Virus record (IMG/VR): IMGVR_UViG_2690316243_000004
DNA: 42,470 bases
Strand: one strand, 5' to 3'
Source: a virus
Lineage: Duplodnaviria > Heunggongvirae > Uroviricota > Caudoviricetes
The position numbers and the translations under genes were made by a program. The stretch's first letter is position 1; each line of letters opens with the position of its first letter. The notes beneath the pieces were generated by a model. That model was given only the letters and a program-made list of their open reading frames with translations, was not told the origin of the DNA and did no database searches. Positions 30,690-39,554 of the stretch are shown piece by piece.

Positions 30690-31649
30690 TTACTCCTTGT
30701 CCATTGCGTACAGCCCATTAACCAGAGCAAACTGTGGCACCCCGTCCGCGATGAAAGTCGCATTAACTCCGCAGGCTTCGCGGATAGCGGGTGCCACAAT
30801 CTCCGCCCCTCCACCGACAACCATCACCCGCCCGTAACCCGAAAAACCCGCCAGCGCGCGGATCACGCGTTGTTTCAGTGTTTCTTCCTTTTCACGAATA
30901 ACCGCCATCAGGCTGGCGTAATGCGCGTCATTGTGGATGTGCTGGCGCAGCCAGGCTTCATCATGGCGATGTTCGATAATGGTATTGGCGATGTGGTGAC
31001 TGGTGCGCATACCGTTAGTGGCCATCACCGACAGTACGGCATCGGCCATCAGAGAAACGCCTACGTGTGGATCGCAAAACACCTGGCTGATACCTGCCAG
31101 TTGCCCCTGAACCTTTGCCACATCCAGCGTGGTTCCGCCCAAATCCACAATCAGCAGGGATTCAAACGGACTCATGTCAGCCAGTGCCTTAAAGCCAGCC
31201 GGAATGGATTCAGGCATAACCCGCACGTTACGGATAGTGAATGCTTCGCCGTTCTGGTACTCCACCGGGCGCATAACGTTCGCTTTTTTGCGGTTGATGT
31301 TGGCCATGTCCGGCTGTGCGTTTGTGTCGAAATACTCGCTCAGTGGCAGGGTGACAACCACATCCACCTCCTGTGGCGTGATGCCTGATTTGACCAGCGC
31401 GTGATGAATGGCAATGACATTTACATCGCTGTACTGGTATTGCGTGTCGGTTGTCTGGACAAAGCGATCGCTGACCGGATCAAAACCATAGCGCACGCCA
31501 TCAAGCATGTAGTTCGCGGGCTGCATGCCACCGAACGGCGCAGACCATTCCGACTTGAAGCTGTTCGGGCTGATGGCGTTGCGGCGTTCGCCGTTCTCAG
31601 TCCATGCCAGCTTGATGTTGGTGGAGCCGTCGTCGATACAAATTTTCAT
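30690..31649 (-). CDS. ParM/StbA-family actin-like segregation ATPase
   Basis: 319 aa with IDDGSTNIKLAW, QYSDVNVIAIHHAL, VMPESIPAG, LLIVDLGGTTLDV, VMVVGGGAEIV and ALVNGLYAM, collinear with plasmid R1 ParM as recalled. Confidence 0.8.
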   Translation of the reverse strand: MKICIDDGSTNIKLAWTENGERRNAISPNSFKSEWSAPFGGMQPANYMLDGVRYGFDPVSDRFVQTTDTQYQYSDVNVIAIHHALVKSGITPQEVDVVVTLPLSEYFDTNAQPDMANINRKKANVMRPVEYQNGEAFTIRNVRVMPESIPAGFKALADMSPFESLLIVDLGGTTLDVAKVQGQLAGISQVFCDPHVGVSLMADAVLSVMATNGMRTSHHIANTIIEHRHDEAWLRQHIHNDAHYASLMAVIREKEETLKQRVIRALAGFSGYGRVMVVGGGAEIVAPAIREACGVNATFIADGVPQFALVNGLYAMDKE

Positions 31650-31679
31650 GTCGCTTTTCCTTATGTTGATTAATTAATC

Positions 31680-31795
31680 GTTTACGGGATTCTGAAATCC
31701 CGTTTTTGCCTGTTTTGTGCGCGCTTCATATATCGCTGCGCGTTTTTTGCTCATTTACGGGATTCGTGAGTCCCGTTTCTGTCTGTTTTTTGTTT
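31680..31795. repeat. Two copies of a ~20 bp imperfect palindrome upstream of the ParM-like gene (possible parC-like site or hairpins)
   Basis: acgggattctgaaatcccgt at about 31686-31705 and acgggattcgtgagtcccgt at about 31757-31776, each followed by a T-rich tract; the second lies inside the last codons of gene A. Confidence 0.35.
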
Positions 31796-34548
31796 CCACT
31801 GGTCAGGCCACCCCGCAGCAGGTCTGCTTTGCGGCGGGCGCGTTCAGTGGTTTCACTGATTCTCTGTGCGTGCTCTGCGTCGCGGATGGCGCGCAGCATG
31901 TCAGAAAGCACGGTAACGGGTGTTTTCATGGTGTTCTGGTCCTGCTGAAGTGTGGATGCCAGGCGTGCGGCGGCTTCAGGGTCTGATGCCCCCAGCTGTG
32001 TCAGATAGCTGGCGACCGGGTTATGGCGGATCTCCGTGCTGCTTACGCCATGATTACGGCTCAGGCGCTGCCAGAGCTGCGTGATTCGGCTGTCCGGGCG
32101 GGTATCCGGTTTGCGTACAATTTCAAATCCCTGCGGTGCAATGATGCTGCCGTCAACGTACAGACTGCCGCCCCGTAACAGGTGCTGCATCTGTTGTTCA
32201 CCGATATGCAGGCCGAGAGATTCAGCAGACTCCCGCCATTCTTTAGCGAGTAATTCGTGGTTATCAGGCAAAGGCCGCTGCTGTTTGCGGCTCTGTGTCC
32301 AGCTCTGCATTTCATCACTGCTGTTTTTTGCCTGTTTGTCACGAAGCGAACGCATCAGCGCCCGGCGTTCGTGCCGTTTCAGTGAGCGCATCCATTCATC
32401 CACATCAACGCCGTCAGGGAGCTGCGGCCACGGTGCTGGCCGTTCTTCCGGCTGTTCTGTCCCGTTGTTGTCCGTTTCCTGTACACGGGGACAGTTATTG
32501 CCACGAGTCCAAGGGGCGGCAGGGCCGCCCTGAAGGTCAAAACCATTTTCGCGGGCGCTGTCTTCCGCTTCCGGTTTGCGTCTTACCAGCTTCCAGTTAT
32601 CCGGATGCGTGCACACACGGGAGGATTCCCCGATGAGTGGTGACCAGATCCCGTAAATCTGTACGCTCTGTTCGCCGTAATCGTTCAGCTCATCGGCGAG
32701 GTCGTAGGCGGTGCGAATCAGGTAGTCTTTGCGTGGAACAAGTACGCCGCCCTGTTTCTCTATGTAGGTGGCAAAACATCCGGCATCAGCGGCGGCAAGA
32801 ACCGCATCCATTGCGTCATCCTTCAGCCGTTGCGGGCCTTCCGGGTTGCGTGCCATCTGGCTGGCAAGGCGGCGCAGTTCACGCCATACCTGGCGGGAGG
32901 GGATGCCAAAGAACTGGAACTGGCGGACCCGGTGAAGGCGCGCCCAGCCGATGGCGCGTTCCACGCTCTCGGCCATTGATTTTCCGGTTTCGTGGTCAAC
33001 GCGTGGCTTGCCCGTTTTCGGGTCGATGCCATCCACGGCGCGGCTGTCCAGGTTTTTCCCGATGTAGGTGGCGATGTAGCTGGTTGGCGTGCCTTTTGAG
33101 CCGTCTACATACTCCGCCTTAAAGCGCGGAGTTATGTCATCGCCCAGCTCGTGACGATCTTCCTGAATGGCAATATCGCGGGTGTGGGACACAATGGTGT
33201 CGATTTCTTCCGGATGAGCAAAGACCATCATATGCCAGTGCACGGTGCCGTCATGGTGAGGCTCCGCCGTGCGGATGCCATACCAGCGCAGGCCGTCGCG
33301 GTTCAGTTTTTTGCGGACCGTCGCAAAAAACGTGTTAACCAGGTAATCGCTGGAGTCGCGCATTGTGGCCCCGTTCCATTTGGGATTCGGATGACCGTTC
33401 TCCGTTGTGGCGTGGTATTTTGACGGGCAGGTGACAGTCAGAAACACCGCTTTGTCGCCACGGGCTTCGGCCAGAAGTTCCAGCCCCTTCATGGTGGCCA
33501 TCATTTCTGCCTTACGGTGAACCGGGTTACTTACTCCCGCGTAATACACCGTCTCGAGATCAATCGTGAACCCGTCTTCATTTTCCAGCATGAAACTTTT
33601 CAGGAAATCGCGTGTTTTCTCGCGCTGTGCGCGAAACTCGCTTAACGCGTCCTGGCTCAGATAGGGCGATGTTTTTCTGGAAACCAGACAGGCGGCGCGA
33701 AGTTGTTCTTCTCTCCACTCGCAACGTAACAGCCACAGTTTGCGTTTCCACCATTCCGCACAGGTCAGGCGAAGGATTGCGCCCGGCAGCAGTTCTGTGT
33801 CCGGTTCGTGCCTCCGGTCTTTGTCTGTTGTCAGTGCGTCATAATGCGGAGGCATGGCGTGTAAGTGTAACGCCATGCGGGCCAGCATCTGATACGCCTT
33901 CAGCGTTACATCCATGGTCAGCTCGCCATCAGTCGCGCCAAAACCATCGCAGAGTTTTTCGAAGGTGCTGCTGAACATCGCCGCCGTCATGGTGGCCAGC
34001 GTCTGTATCTGGTGTTTGTTGAGTTGCGGCAGGTAAAGCAAATCGTCCAGGCGTTCACGTCCGGCAAGGGAGCGATAACCCGGTGTCAGCCAGTGTCCGT
34101 CAGTGCGATCCAGACGTTCGAATATTTTGCGCAGGGTTCCGCGTGCATAGCGTTCCGCCTGCCAGCTCTTTTTGCCTTTCCGGCGATCGGCTTCCTGTTT
34201 TTTGCGCAGGAAGGAGAGGTGGCGAATAAGCGGATCGCGCAGATAGGACGGCAGCAGGCGCAGCGAGGCCATGGCTTCATCCACCGCGCCGCGTGCCTGT
34301 TTTCTGGCGTCTCCTGCCAGTGTGATGGTTTTGTCCTGTTTTTCCTGTGCGTCCAGGCTTTTATTAATCAGGTTGCCCAGTGGCGTGGCGGAGAACGCCG
34401 CATCAGCCATTTCCTGGCGGCGCTCGTTCTCTGCCCGGTGGGCATCCAGCCAGGAGGAAAGCGCGGATTCAGGAGCGGGGATCCCCGTTCCTTCACGCCC
34501 CACTGCGTGGCGCGGTTGTTGCCAGTCCCTGATGTACTCTGCCGTCAT
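31726..34548 (-). CDS. Replication initiation protein gpA-like (rolling-circle, HUH endonuclease type)
   Basis: 940 aa with HWHMMVF (His-hydrophobic-His) and YIATYIGK tyrosine motifs; longer than P2 gpA (~760 aa as recalled). Confidence 0.85.
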   Translation of the reverse strand: MTAEYIRDWQQPRHAVGREGTGIPAPESALSSWLDAHRAENERRQEMADAAFSATPLGNLINKSLDAQEKQDKTITLAGDARKQARGAVDEAMASLRLLPSYLRDPLIRHLSFLRKKQEADRRKGKKSWQAERYARGTLRKIFERLDRTDGHWLTPGYRSLAGRERLDDLLYLPQLNKHQIQTLATMTAAMFSSTFEKLCDGFGATDGELTMDVTLKAYQMLARMALHLHAMPPHYDALTTDKDRRHEPDTELLPGAILRLTCAEWWKRKLWLLRCEWREEQLRAACLVSRKTSPYLSQDALSEFRAQREKTRDFLKSFMLENEDGFTIDLETVYYAGVSNPVHRKAEMMATMKGLELLAEARGDKAVFLTVTCPSKYHATTENGHPNPKWNGATMRDSSDYLVNTFFATVRKKLNRDGLRWYGIRTAEPHHDGTVHWHMMVFAHPEEIDTIVSHTRDIAIQEDRHELGDDITPRFKAEYVDGSKGTPTSYIATYIGKNLDSRAVDGIDPKTGKPRVDHETGKSMAESVERAIGWARLHRVRQFQFFGIPSRQVWRELRRLASQMARNPEGPQRLKDDAMDAVLAAADAGCFATYIEKQGGVLVPRKDYLIRTAYDLADELNDYGEQSVQIYGIWSPLIGESSRVCTHPDNWKLVRRKPEAEDSARENGFDLQGGPAAPWTRGNNCPRVQETDNNGTEQPEERPAPWPQLPDGVDVDEWMRSLKRHERRALMRSLRDKQAKNSSDEMQSWTQSRKQQRPLPDNHELLAKEWRESAESLGLHIGEQQMQHLLRGGSLYVDGSIIAPQGFEIVRKPDTRPDSRITQLWQRLSRNHGVSSTEIRHNPVASYLTQLGASDPEAAARLASTLQQDQNTMKTPVTVLSDMLRAIRDAEHAQRISETTERARRKADLLRGGLTSGNKKQTETGLTNPVNEQKTRSDI

Positions 34549-34554
34549 AGTGAT

Positions 34555-34920
34555 TTACTTCGTCATGCCATTCAGGGTGTCGCGGCAGACTGTAGCCAGC
34601 CGCTGAATTTCCAGCACGGTGTCTTCTGTGTCGGCATGGCGATGTGTGATGCGGATGCTGTCGGCAATCACATCGACGATTGCAGAGGATGGGCGCTGGT
34701 AAATGCCAATAACGGACGGGGTGCCACCTTCAATGCGGTAAAGCCTGTAATTTCCCTCGTGGCTGTCAATCATGTAGCGACCATCAATAACAATCTTTCC
34801 GTCAGCGAGCTGCGGTACAGGCAGGGATTTCAGGTACATGTCATAACGATCACGCACGCGAGCGGCAAGATCACGCTCTGTGTTGAGCAGGTATTCAAGA
34901 AAGTCGTTGGCGAGAATCAT
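34555..34920 (-). CDS. Hypothetical early protein, 121 aa
   Basis: Ends 6 bp upstream of gene A on the same strand. Confidence 0.45.
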   Translation of the reverse strand: MILANDFLEYLLNTERDLAARVRDRYDMYLKSLPVPQLADGKIVIDGRYMIDSHEGNYRLYRIEGGTPSVIGIYQRPSSAIVDVIADSIRITHRHADTEDTVLEIQRLATVCRDTLNGMTK

Positions 34921-35061
34921 TGCGGCAATCCTCTTGTTACAGATGTGCGAAGGCCTCCCGCCGCAAGGTGCAGGAAAGGCCCGGAACAGGAATTAATGGA
35001 GTTTGTTTTGCTGCCGGATGAGCTGCTGAAGCCCGACGTGGTTTCCGGCAGTTGGAGGTGC

Positions 35062-35307
35062 TCATGCTCTGATTTCCCTCAGTAGCTGGTTGAACATCTG
35101 GGTTAGTGGGTTGCTACACCCAAACGGCATCAGGTTTACCTGATAAGAAAAGCGACCGCCTGTTTTGCGCTCTTTTCTTGTGACTAAACCGCTGCGCCAG
35201 AGACGGCGTAGCTCCGCATTAATGGTTGTGGTTGGTGTATTCAGTGCTGCGGCGATTTCTCCACTGCTACAACCCGGATTGGCAGCGATGTAGTCCAGAA
35301 TGGTCAT
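35062..35307 (-). CDS. Small DNA-binding-like early protein (winged-helix type), 81 aa
   Basis: SSGEIAAALNTPTTTINAELRRLWRSGLVTRKER resembles a helix-turn-helix/winged-helix recognition segment. Confidence 0.45.
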   Translation of the reverse strand: MTILDYIAANPGCSSGEIAAALNTPTTTINAELRRLWRSGLVTRKERKTGGRFSYQVNLMPFGCSNPLTQMFNQLLREIRA

Positions 35308-35507
35308 CTGCGTGACTCCTGTACCTGTCTGATAAGATTCACCTGCACCACGTTGGTGGCGCAGAAGTAAGTGCCGTCAGTGAGATAGATATGATGTGCA
35401 TCCTTTTCTGAACGGTGTTTGTCGATTGTGGTAATCAGGCGTTCGTCAACTTCGTATTCACGTCCTCTGGAGGTGAAACGAACGACAGGAAAATGCTTAA
35501 TTGCCAT
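35304..35507 (-). CDS. Hypothetical small early protein (~67 aa from internal ATG)
   Basis: Stop-start coupled to the next gene; internal start MAIKHFPVVRF... Confidence 0.35.
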   Translation of the reverse strand: MAIKHFPVVRFTSRGREYEVDERLITTIDKHRSEKDAHHIYLTDGTYFCATNVVQVNLIRQVQESRR

Positions 35508-35703
35508 TACGCCTCCTTGGCGTGTGCGAATACCTCCGCGAATGCGGATTGTTTTCACATTTTCTTATTTAACCTGGGGTCTTATTTGCGCGGTTATTCT
35601 TCAGTGAAAAAGCGTTCAATCTTTTTTACTGAATTAATAATTCGCATAATCCCAATGGCGCAGACCACCGAAATAATCAGAACAAGCCATGAAATAAATA
35701 TAC

Positions 35704-35949
35704 TCATGCGATATTTCCCAGCTTATACGGTTCAATATGTTCCCCGCATTCTGCGGCACAGATCAGCTCGGAAAGTTCGTTAAGTGCATCCAGATCATCA
35801 GCGTAAAAAGCCACGTCATACAGACTTCGGATTGCTCTGGTCAATGAGTCACGGGCCGCACGTTCAGCATGAGCGCCTGATGCACTTAAGCGAAAATAAA
35901 AACGCTCAAGTGCTTTGTTAATGAGAGTTTTATATTCTTTGCCCATCAC
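35704..35949 (-). CDS. Hypothetical early protein, 81 aa
   Basis: ORF in the early operon, same orientation. Confidence 0.4.
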   Translation of the reverse strand: MMGKEYKTLINKALERFYFRLSASGAHAERAARDSLTRAIRSLYDVAFYADDLDALNELSELICAAECGEHIEPYKLGNIA

Positions 35950-35957
35950 AACGCCCT

Positions 35958-36245
35958 TTAATCTGCTTTCTGTATTTCAGCTTCTGAATCCATACAAATA
36001 ATTTCGATATAGGGTTCATCGCCATTAACCTGGCGTGCCTTTTCATCTTCGCTGATGATTTCTCGTACGGTCTGGTACGGAAGTTCCACAAGCAGTCGCG
36101 TGCCGTTCAGATAAACGTAAGTGGCTTCGTCGGCTCCGTTTTTACCCGCCGGAGTCACTCCGTCAATAGCGGATGCACGTAATAACAGTTCACCGCGAAA
36201 ATCAATAAAACGGATAAATACACCTTGTGCATTGTCTTTGGTCAT
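35958..36245 (-). CDS. Hypothetical early protein (~95 aa from internal ATG)
   Basis: The internal start avoids overlap with the upstream ORF. Confidence 0.4.
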   Translation of the reverse strand: MTKDNAQGVFIRFIDFRGELLLRASAIDGVTPAGKNGADEATYVYLNGTRLLVELPYQTVREIISEDEKARQVNGDEPYIEIICMDSEAEIQKAD

Positions 36246-36255
36246 AAAGCACCTG

Positions 36256-36594
36256 TTATAAATCAGCCTGTTTAATAAAACTTTGCCCGCGAAGCAGACG
36301 ATCAACCGTGCGAAGTGCTTCGTATAATGTGAAATCCTGCCCGAACTGATTGTCGCCACAGCTCAGTGCAAAAATGCGGTTTCCGGTAAACGGATTGCGT
36401 GGGCATTTGTGGATCACGATTCCAGCTTTCTCAATCAGCCAGGCGTGCTCGCCGATTTGTTTTACTGGGTAGCCATCCGGCGTTGCGTGTGTATCACTCA
36501 GGCTGTAGCGGATGTTGCTGCGTGATGCACTGGTAGTGAAACGGTTAGCGTGGCGTTCTGTTCCGGTACAAAAATTACGGCGTTGCTTCAGCAT
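36256..36594 (-). CDS. Hypothetical early protein, 112 aa
   Basis: ORF in the early operon downstream of the Cox-like gene. Confidence 0.4.
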   Translation of the reverse strand: MLKQRRNFCTGTERHANRFTTSASRSNIRYSLSDTHATPDGYPVKQIGEHAWLIEKAGIVIHKCPRNPFTGNRIFALSCGDNQFGQDFTLYEALRTVDRLLRGQSFIKQADL

Positions 36595-36608
36595 AAAATG
36601 ACACCTCG

Positions 36609-36887
36609 TTATTTTGTCATCTGCACGTATTTCTCTGCGTTTCTGATGGTTTTCAGGAAAATTGCGAAGAGATTTACTTTGCGTTTTGTGTTTCTTCCTT
36701 CTTGAGTAACGGGAATTACCGATCTATCAGCCTGCCTTCTTACAGCGAGAATGCTTTGATTTGTGCGTTTCGCATAATCCTCTAGGCTTTCTTCAAGTAC
36801 CGGTAGCCCATGTTCATTACGGTATGGGTAGAACGCCGCCAAACGCTCAAAATCCGCTTGTTCGTATGTGTTAAGGACTTTTGCCAT
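36609..36887 (-). CDS. Cox/Apl-like excision and transcription control protein
   Basis: 92 aa, first gene of the early operon, divergent from the repressor. EDYAKRTNQSILAVRRQADRSVIPV resembles the P2 Cox helix-turn-helix region as recalled. Confidence 0.55.
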   Translation of the reverse strand: MAKVLNTYEQADFERLAAFYPYRNEHGLPVLEESLEDYAKRTNQSILAVRRQADRSVIPVTQEGRNTKRKVNLFAIFLKTIRNAEKYVQMTK

Positions 36888-36982
36888 GGTGTGATAACCT
36901 ATTCAATCTGGTGCTATTTGTGGCTCTTTGTAGCGTCAAGTGGTACTCAACTGATAACCAATATAGTATTCAGGTGCACACC
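36888..36982. promoter_or_regulatory. Immunity switch region: divergent early and repressor promoters with candidate operator repeats
   Basis: 95 bp between the divergent Cox-like and C-like genes; direct repeats TGATAACC at 36890-36897 and 36950-36957. Confidence 0.4.
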
Positions 36983-37294
36983 ATGTCAATAGAGATATCA
37001 AAGAAGCTAAAAGCAATTCGAGAATCTGAGGGGCTTAGTCAGGCAAAGTTCGCGGATTCAATAGGTATTGCGGTTGGTACGGTTAAGCAATACGAGACTG
37101 GTATTCGAGGTGTGGGAACGGAGGTTTTACTGAAAATCACAATGCACCCGGAATTTAAAAAATACACTACGTGGTTGATGAGTAACGAAACAAATGAGGC
37201 TGCTGGGCAGATCAGTCCTTCTCTCTCCCCTGATGGGCCAGAAAACACATCGTCTTCTCAAAAATCCCGCAAGACTGGCACACAGCCCGGCTAA
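36983..37294 (+). CDS. Immunity repressor (P2 C-like)
   Basis: From the internal ATG: MSIEISKKLKAIRESEGLSQAKFADSIGIAVGTVKQYETG... (helix-turn-helix), tail ...GQISPSL...SSQKSRKTG similar to P2 C as recalled; sits immediately upstream of int. Confidence 0.75.
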   Translation: MSIEISKKLKAIRESEGLSQAKFADSIGIAVGTVKQYETGIRGVGTEVLLKITMHPEFKKYTTWLMSNETNEAAGQISPSLSPDGPENTSSSQKSRKTGTQPG

Positions 37295-37343
37295 TCATGG
37301 AACGCTGGGGGCATGGTGGTCTTGTAACGCTGGGGCTTCACGA

Positions 37344-38321
37344 ATGAGCATAAAATCAATTCCGGGAGGGTATCTTCTTGACATGCGTCCTGAGGGGCGT
37401 AAAGGCAAACGCATTCGCAAAAAATTTAAAACGAAATCGGATGCAGTTTTATATGAGCGGTGGGTGCTGGCGCAACAGCATAACAATGAGTGGAAAGGAA
37501 ACTCCATTGATCGCCGTCCGCTGTCAGTGCTTATTGACTTGTGGTGGAAATACCACGGCCAGCTAATGAAGTCAGGGCATAACACGCGCCTTAAATTGCT
37601 GCGCTTGAGTGAGGCAATGGATGACCCGTGCGTGCATAAACTTAATACAACGATGCTCACCGAGCTACGTGTGTCCAGGATAGAGCAGGGGATACAGCCC
37701 AGCACCATAAATCGAGAGATTGGGGCGTTAAGCGCGATGTTTACCGCACTCATCTCATCCGGCCATTTTCTTAACGATAACCCCGTTCAAGGCCTTAAAG
37801 GAATGAAGGTTAACGAGCGTGAAATGGGATATCTGAGTAAGTCTGAATGTGTTCAGTTGCTGGATGCACTGGCTGAAAATCCCGATGAACGGCTGGCCGT
37901 CGAAATCCTTCTGTCGACCGGGGCGCGATGGGGCGAGGTAGCGGCACTGGAGCAGCGCCGTGTTCTTCATTGTCGAATCACTTTTTCAAAAACGAAGAAC
38001 AGCAAAAACCGTACCGTTCCTATTTCTGAAAGCCTGTTTGAAAAGATCAAAAAACGGGGCGGGAAACTGGTGTTTCCGACGCTGGATTATTCATTGGTTC
38101 GCGATGTCATCAAAACGGTCGCACCTGATGTTCCTGACGGCCAGGCTGTTCATGCGCTGCGCCACACCTTCGCCAGTCATTTCATGATGAACGGCGGCAA
38201 TATTCTGACGCTCCAGAAAATTCTGGGGCACGCAAAGATTCAGACAACGATGATTTATGCCCATCTTGCGCCGGATTACTTGCAGGATGCGGTGAGGTTT
38301 AATCCCTTGGGAGGAATGTAA
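37344..38321 (+). CDS. int: Tyrosine integrase, P2/186 family
   Basis: 325 aa from the ATG at 37344; C-terminal catalytic region HALRHTFASHFMMNGGNILTLQKILGHAKIQTTMIYAHL carries the conserved Arg/His/Tyr residues. Confidence 0.9.
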   Translation: MSIKSIPGGYLLDMRPEGRKGKRIRKKFKTKSDAVLYERWVLAQQHNNEWKGNSIDRRPLSVLIDLWWKYHGQLMKSGHNTRLKLLRLSEAMDDPCVHKLNTTMLTELRVSRIEQGIQPSTINREIGALSAMFTALISSGHFLNDNPVQGLKGMKVNEREMGYLSKSECVQLLDALAENPDERLAVEILLSTGARWGEVAALEQRRVLHCRITFSKTKNSKNRTVPISESLFEKIKKRGGKLVFPTLDYSLVRDVIKTVAPDVPDGQAVHALRHTFASHFMMNGGNILTLQKILGHAKIQTTMIYAHLAPDYLQDAVRFNPLGGM

Positions 38322-38323
38322 CT

Positions 38324-38824
38324 ATGGAAATAAAAAAACCTACAAAAAAAGAGTTATATGACTATTTACTATCGAAATATATAGAAGATAAATGCAAAGA
38401 AGAAGCTGATGAAATCAATAAGAAGTCGATGAGTCGTGTCAAAAAACATAAAGAGCGGCTGATGGAGATTACGCCAGAAATCTTCTTCCGTTTCTTGTCT
38501 GAGAAGGGGGTCTCCAGTGTCTGCCCTTCATGTGGATCGTCGCGATTATCTGTTCCAGAAAGTATGGATCTTTGCTGGGATAAAAATAAGAAACCAGAAA
38601 ATTTTAACAATCTACCCCTGGAGGAACAGAGTGAGTTAATTAAAGAGAACATAAAGCATTATGTATCTTATGCTTTTTTGGGTGATGTTAAGAGCATACC
38701 TGATATGCGCAAAACTTATTACACGCTGCATTGCCTGAATTGTGGTTACCTGAGCCTTTATCGTACGTCTGCGGTGCTGAAGTGGTTGGAGAAAGACAAA
38801 GCGCAGGATGGTGATAATGGGTAA
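38324..38824 (+). CDS. Hypothetical zinc-ribbon-like protein, AT-rich cargo gene
   Basis: 166 aa, starts 2 bp after the int stop with GGGAGGAA inside the int 3' end; lysine-rich N-terminus; CPSCGSS...HCLNCGY cysteine pairs; much AT-richer than the phage genes. Confidence 0.5.
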   Translation: MEIKKPTKKELYDYLLSKYIEDKCKEEADEINKKSMSRVKKHKERLMEITPEIFFRFLSEKGVSSVCPSCGSSRLSVPESMDLCWDKNKKPENFNNLPLEEQSELIKENIKHYVSYAFLGDVKSIPDMRKTYYTLHCLNCGYLSLYRTSAVLKWLEKDKAQDGDNG

Positions 38825-39362
38825 TGTAGCAAGAAATCTTTTCGGTAATTCAGCAGGTAGTGTGTCGCATTCTGAGCGTGATGTGCTTTATCATGGTGGC
38901 GATGGCGGCAGTAGTGGAGGCGGAATGTCAGATAAACTTGAAAGGCGAATTGAGCGGCTCGAAGGTGATTTATCGCTAACAAGAAACGACCTTGCGACGC
39001 TTGCTGAACGCACTACAAACCTCTCAACTAAAGCCGATGTTGGTGAGGTGAAAGGTGAACTCAAAGCAGACATAGCACATCTGAAAGGTGATCTTGAATG
39101 CGATATTGCGAATCTGAAAGGTGAGCTTAAATCTGATACAGCTAACCTGAAAGAGCAGCTCAAATCAGACATTAACAGCCTGAAGGGTGAGCTTACCGAA
39201 GCGATGGATAAACGCTTTGACAAGATTATGGATGAGATGAATCGGCGGTTTGACAAGGTTGATGATAATACGAAGTGGCGTTGGAGTGGCATTATTGTGC
39301 CAGTGTGCACAACCATTTTCACAGCGGCGGTTGCTGTATTTGTTGCTAAATTTGTTGGCTGA
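38808..39362 (+). CDS. Hypothetical coiled-coil protein with C-terminal transmembrane anchor
   Basis: 184 aa overlapping the upstream gene. Glycine-rich N-terminus, four 11-residue repeats (DIAHLKGDLEC / DIANLKGELKS / DTANLKEQLKS / DINSLKGELTE), then WSGIIVPVCTTIFTAAVAVFVAKFVG. Confidence 0.5.
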   Translation: MVIMGNVARNLFGNSAGSVSHSERDVLYHGGDGGSSGGGMSDKLERRIERLEGDLSLTRNDLATLAERTTNLSTKADVGEVKGELKADIAHLKGDLECDIANLKGELKSDTANLKEQLKSDINSLKGELTEAMDKRFDKIMDEMNRRFDKVDDNTKWRWSGIIVPVCTTIFTAAVAVFVAKFVG

Positions 39363-39471
39363 TGATCCACAAATTGACCACATCTCTGTTATTTGTTGTG
39401 GTTGGCTGTGTTTTTGTGTGTCTGTAAGTCTTTGATAATTACCTAACTTATTGATTTTTGTTTGTGTTTAT

Positions 39472-39494
39472 GGCCGCTCTGCGGCCTTTTTTCT
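39472..39494 (+). terminator. Rho-independent terminator-like hairpin upstream of btuC
   Basis: ggccgc-tctg-cggcc followed by ttttttc. Confidence 0.5.
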
Positions 39495-39554
39495 TTTCAC
39501 TGTCGAAGAGTCACCGTAAAATCAACGCCATGACACTTCAGCAGAACGGATACC

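Noticed and set aside
34012-35085. 357 aa plus-strand ORF
   Set aside because: Antisense to the 5' end of gene A and the adjacent early gene; low-complexity composition and no ribosome-binding-site context. Long antisense ORFs are expected in GC-rich coding DNA.
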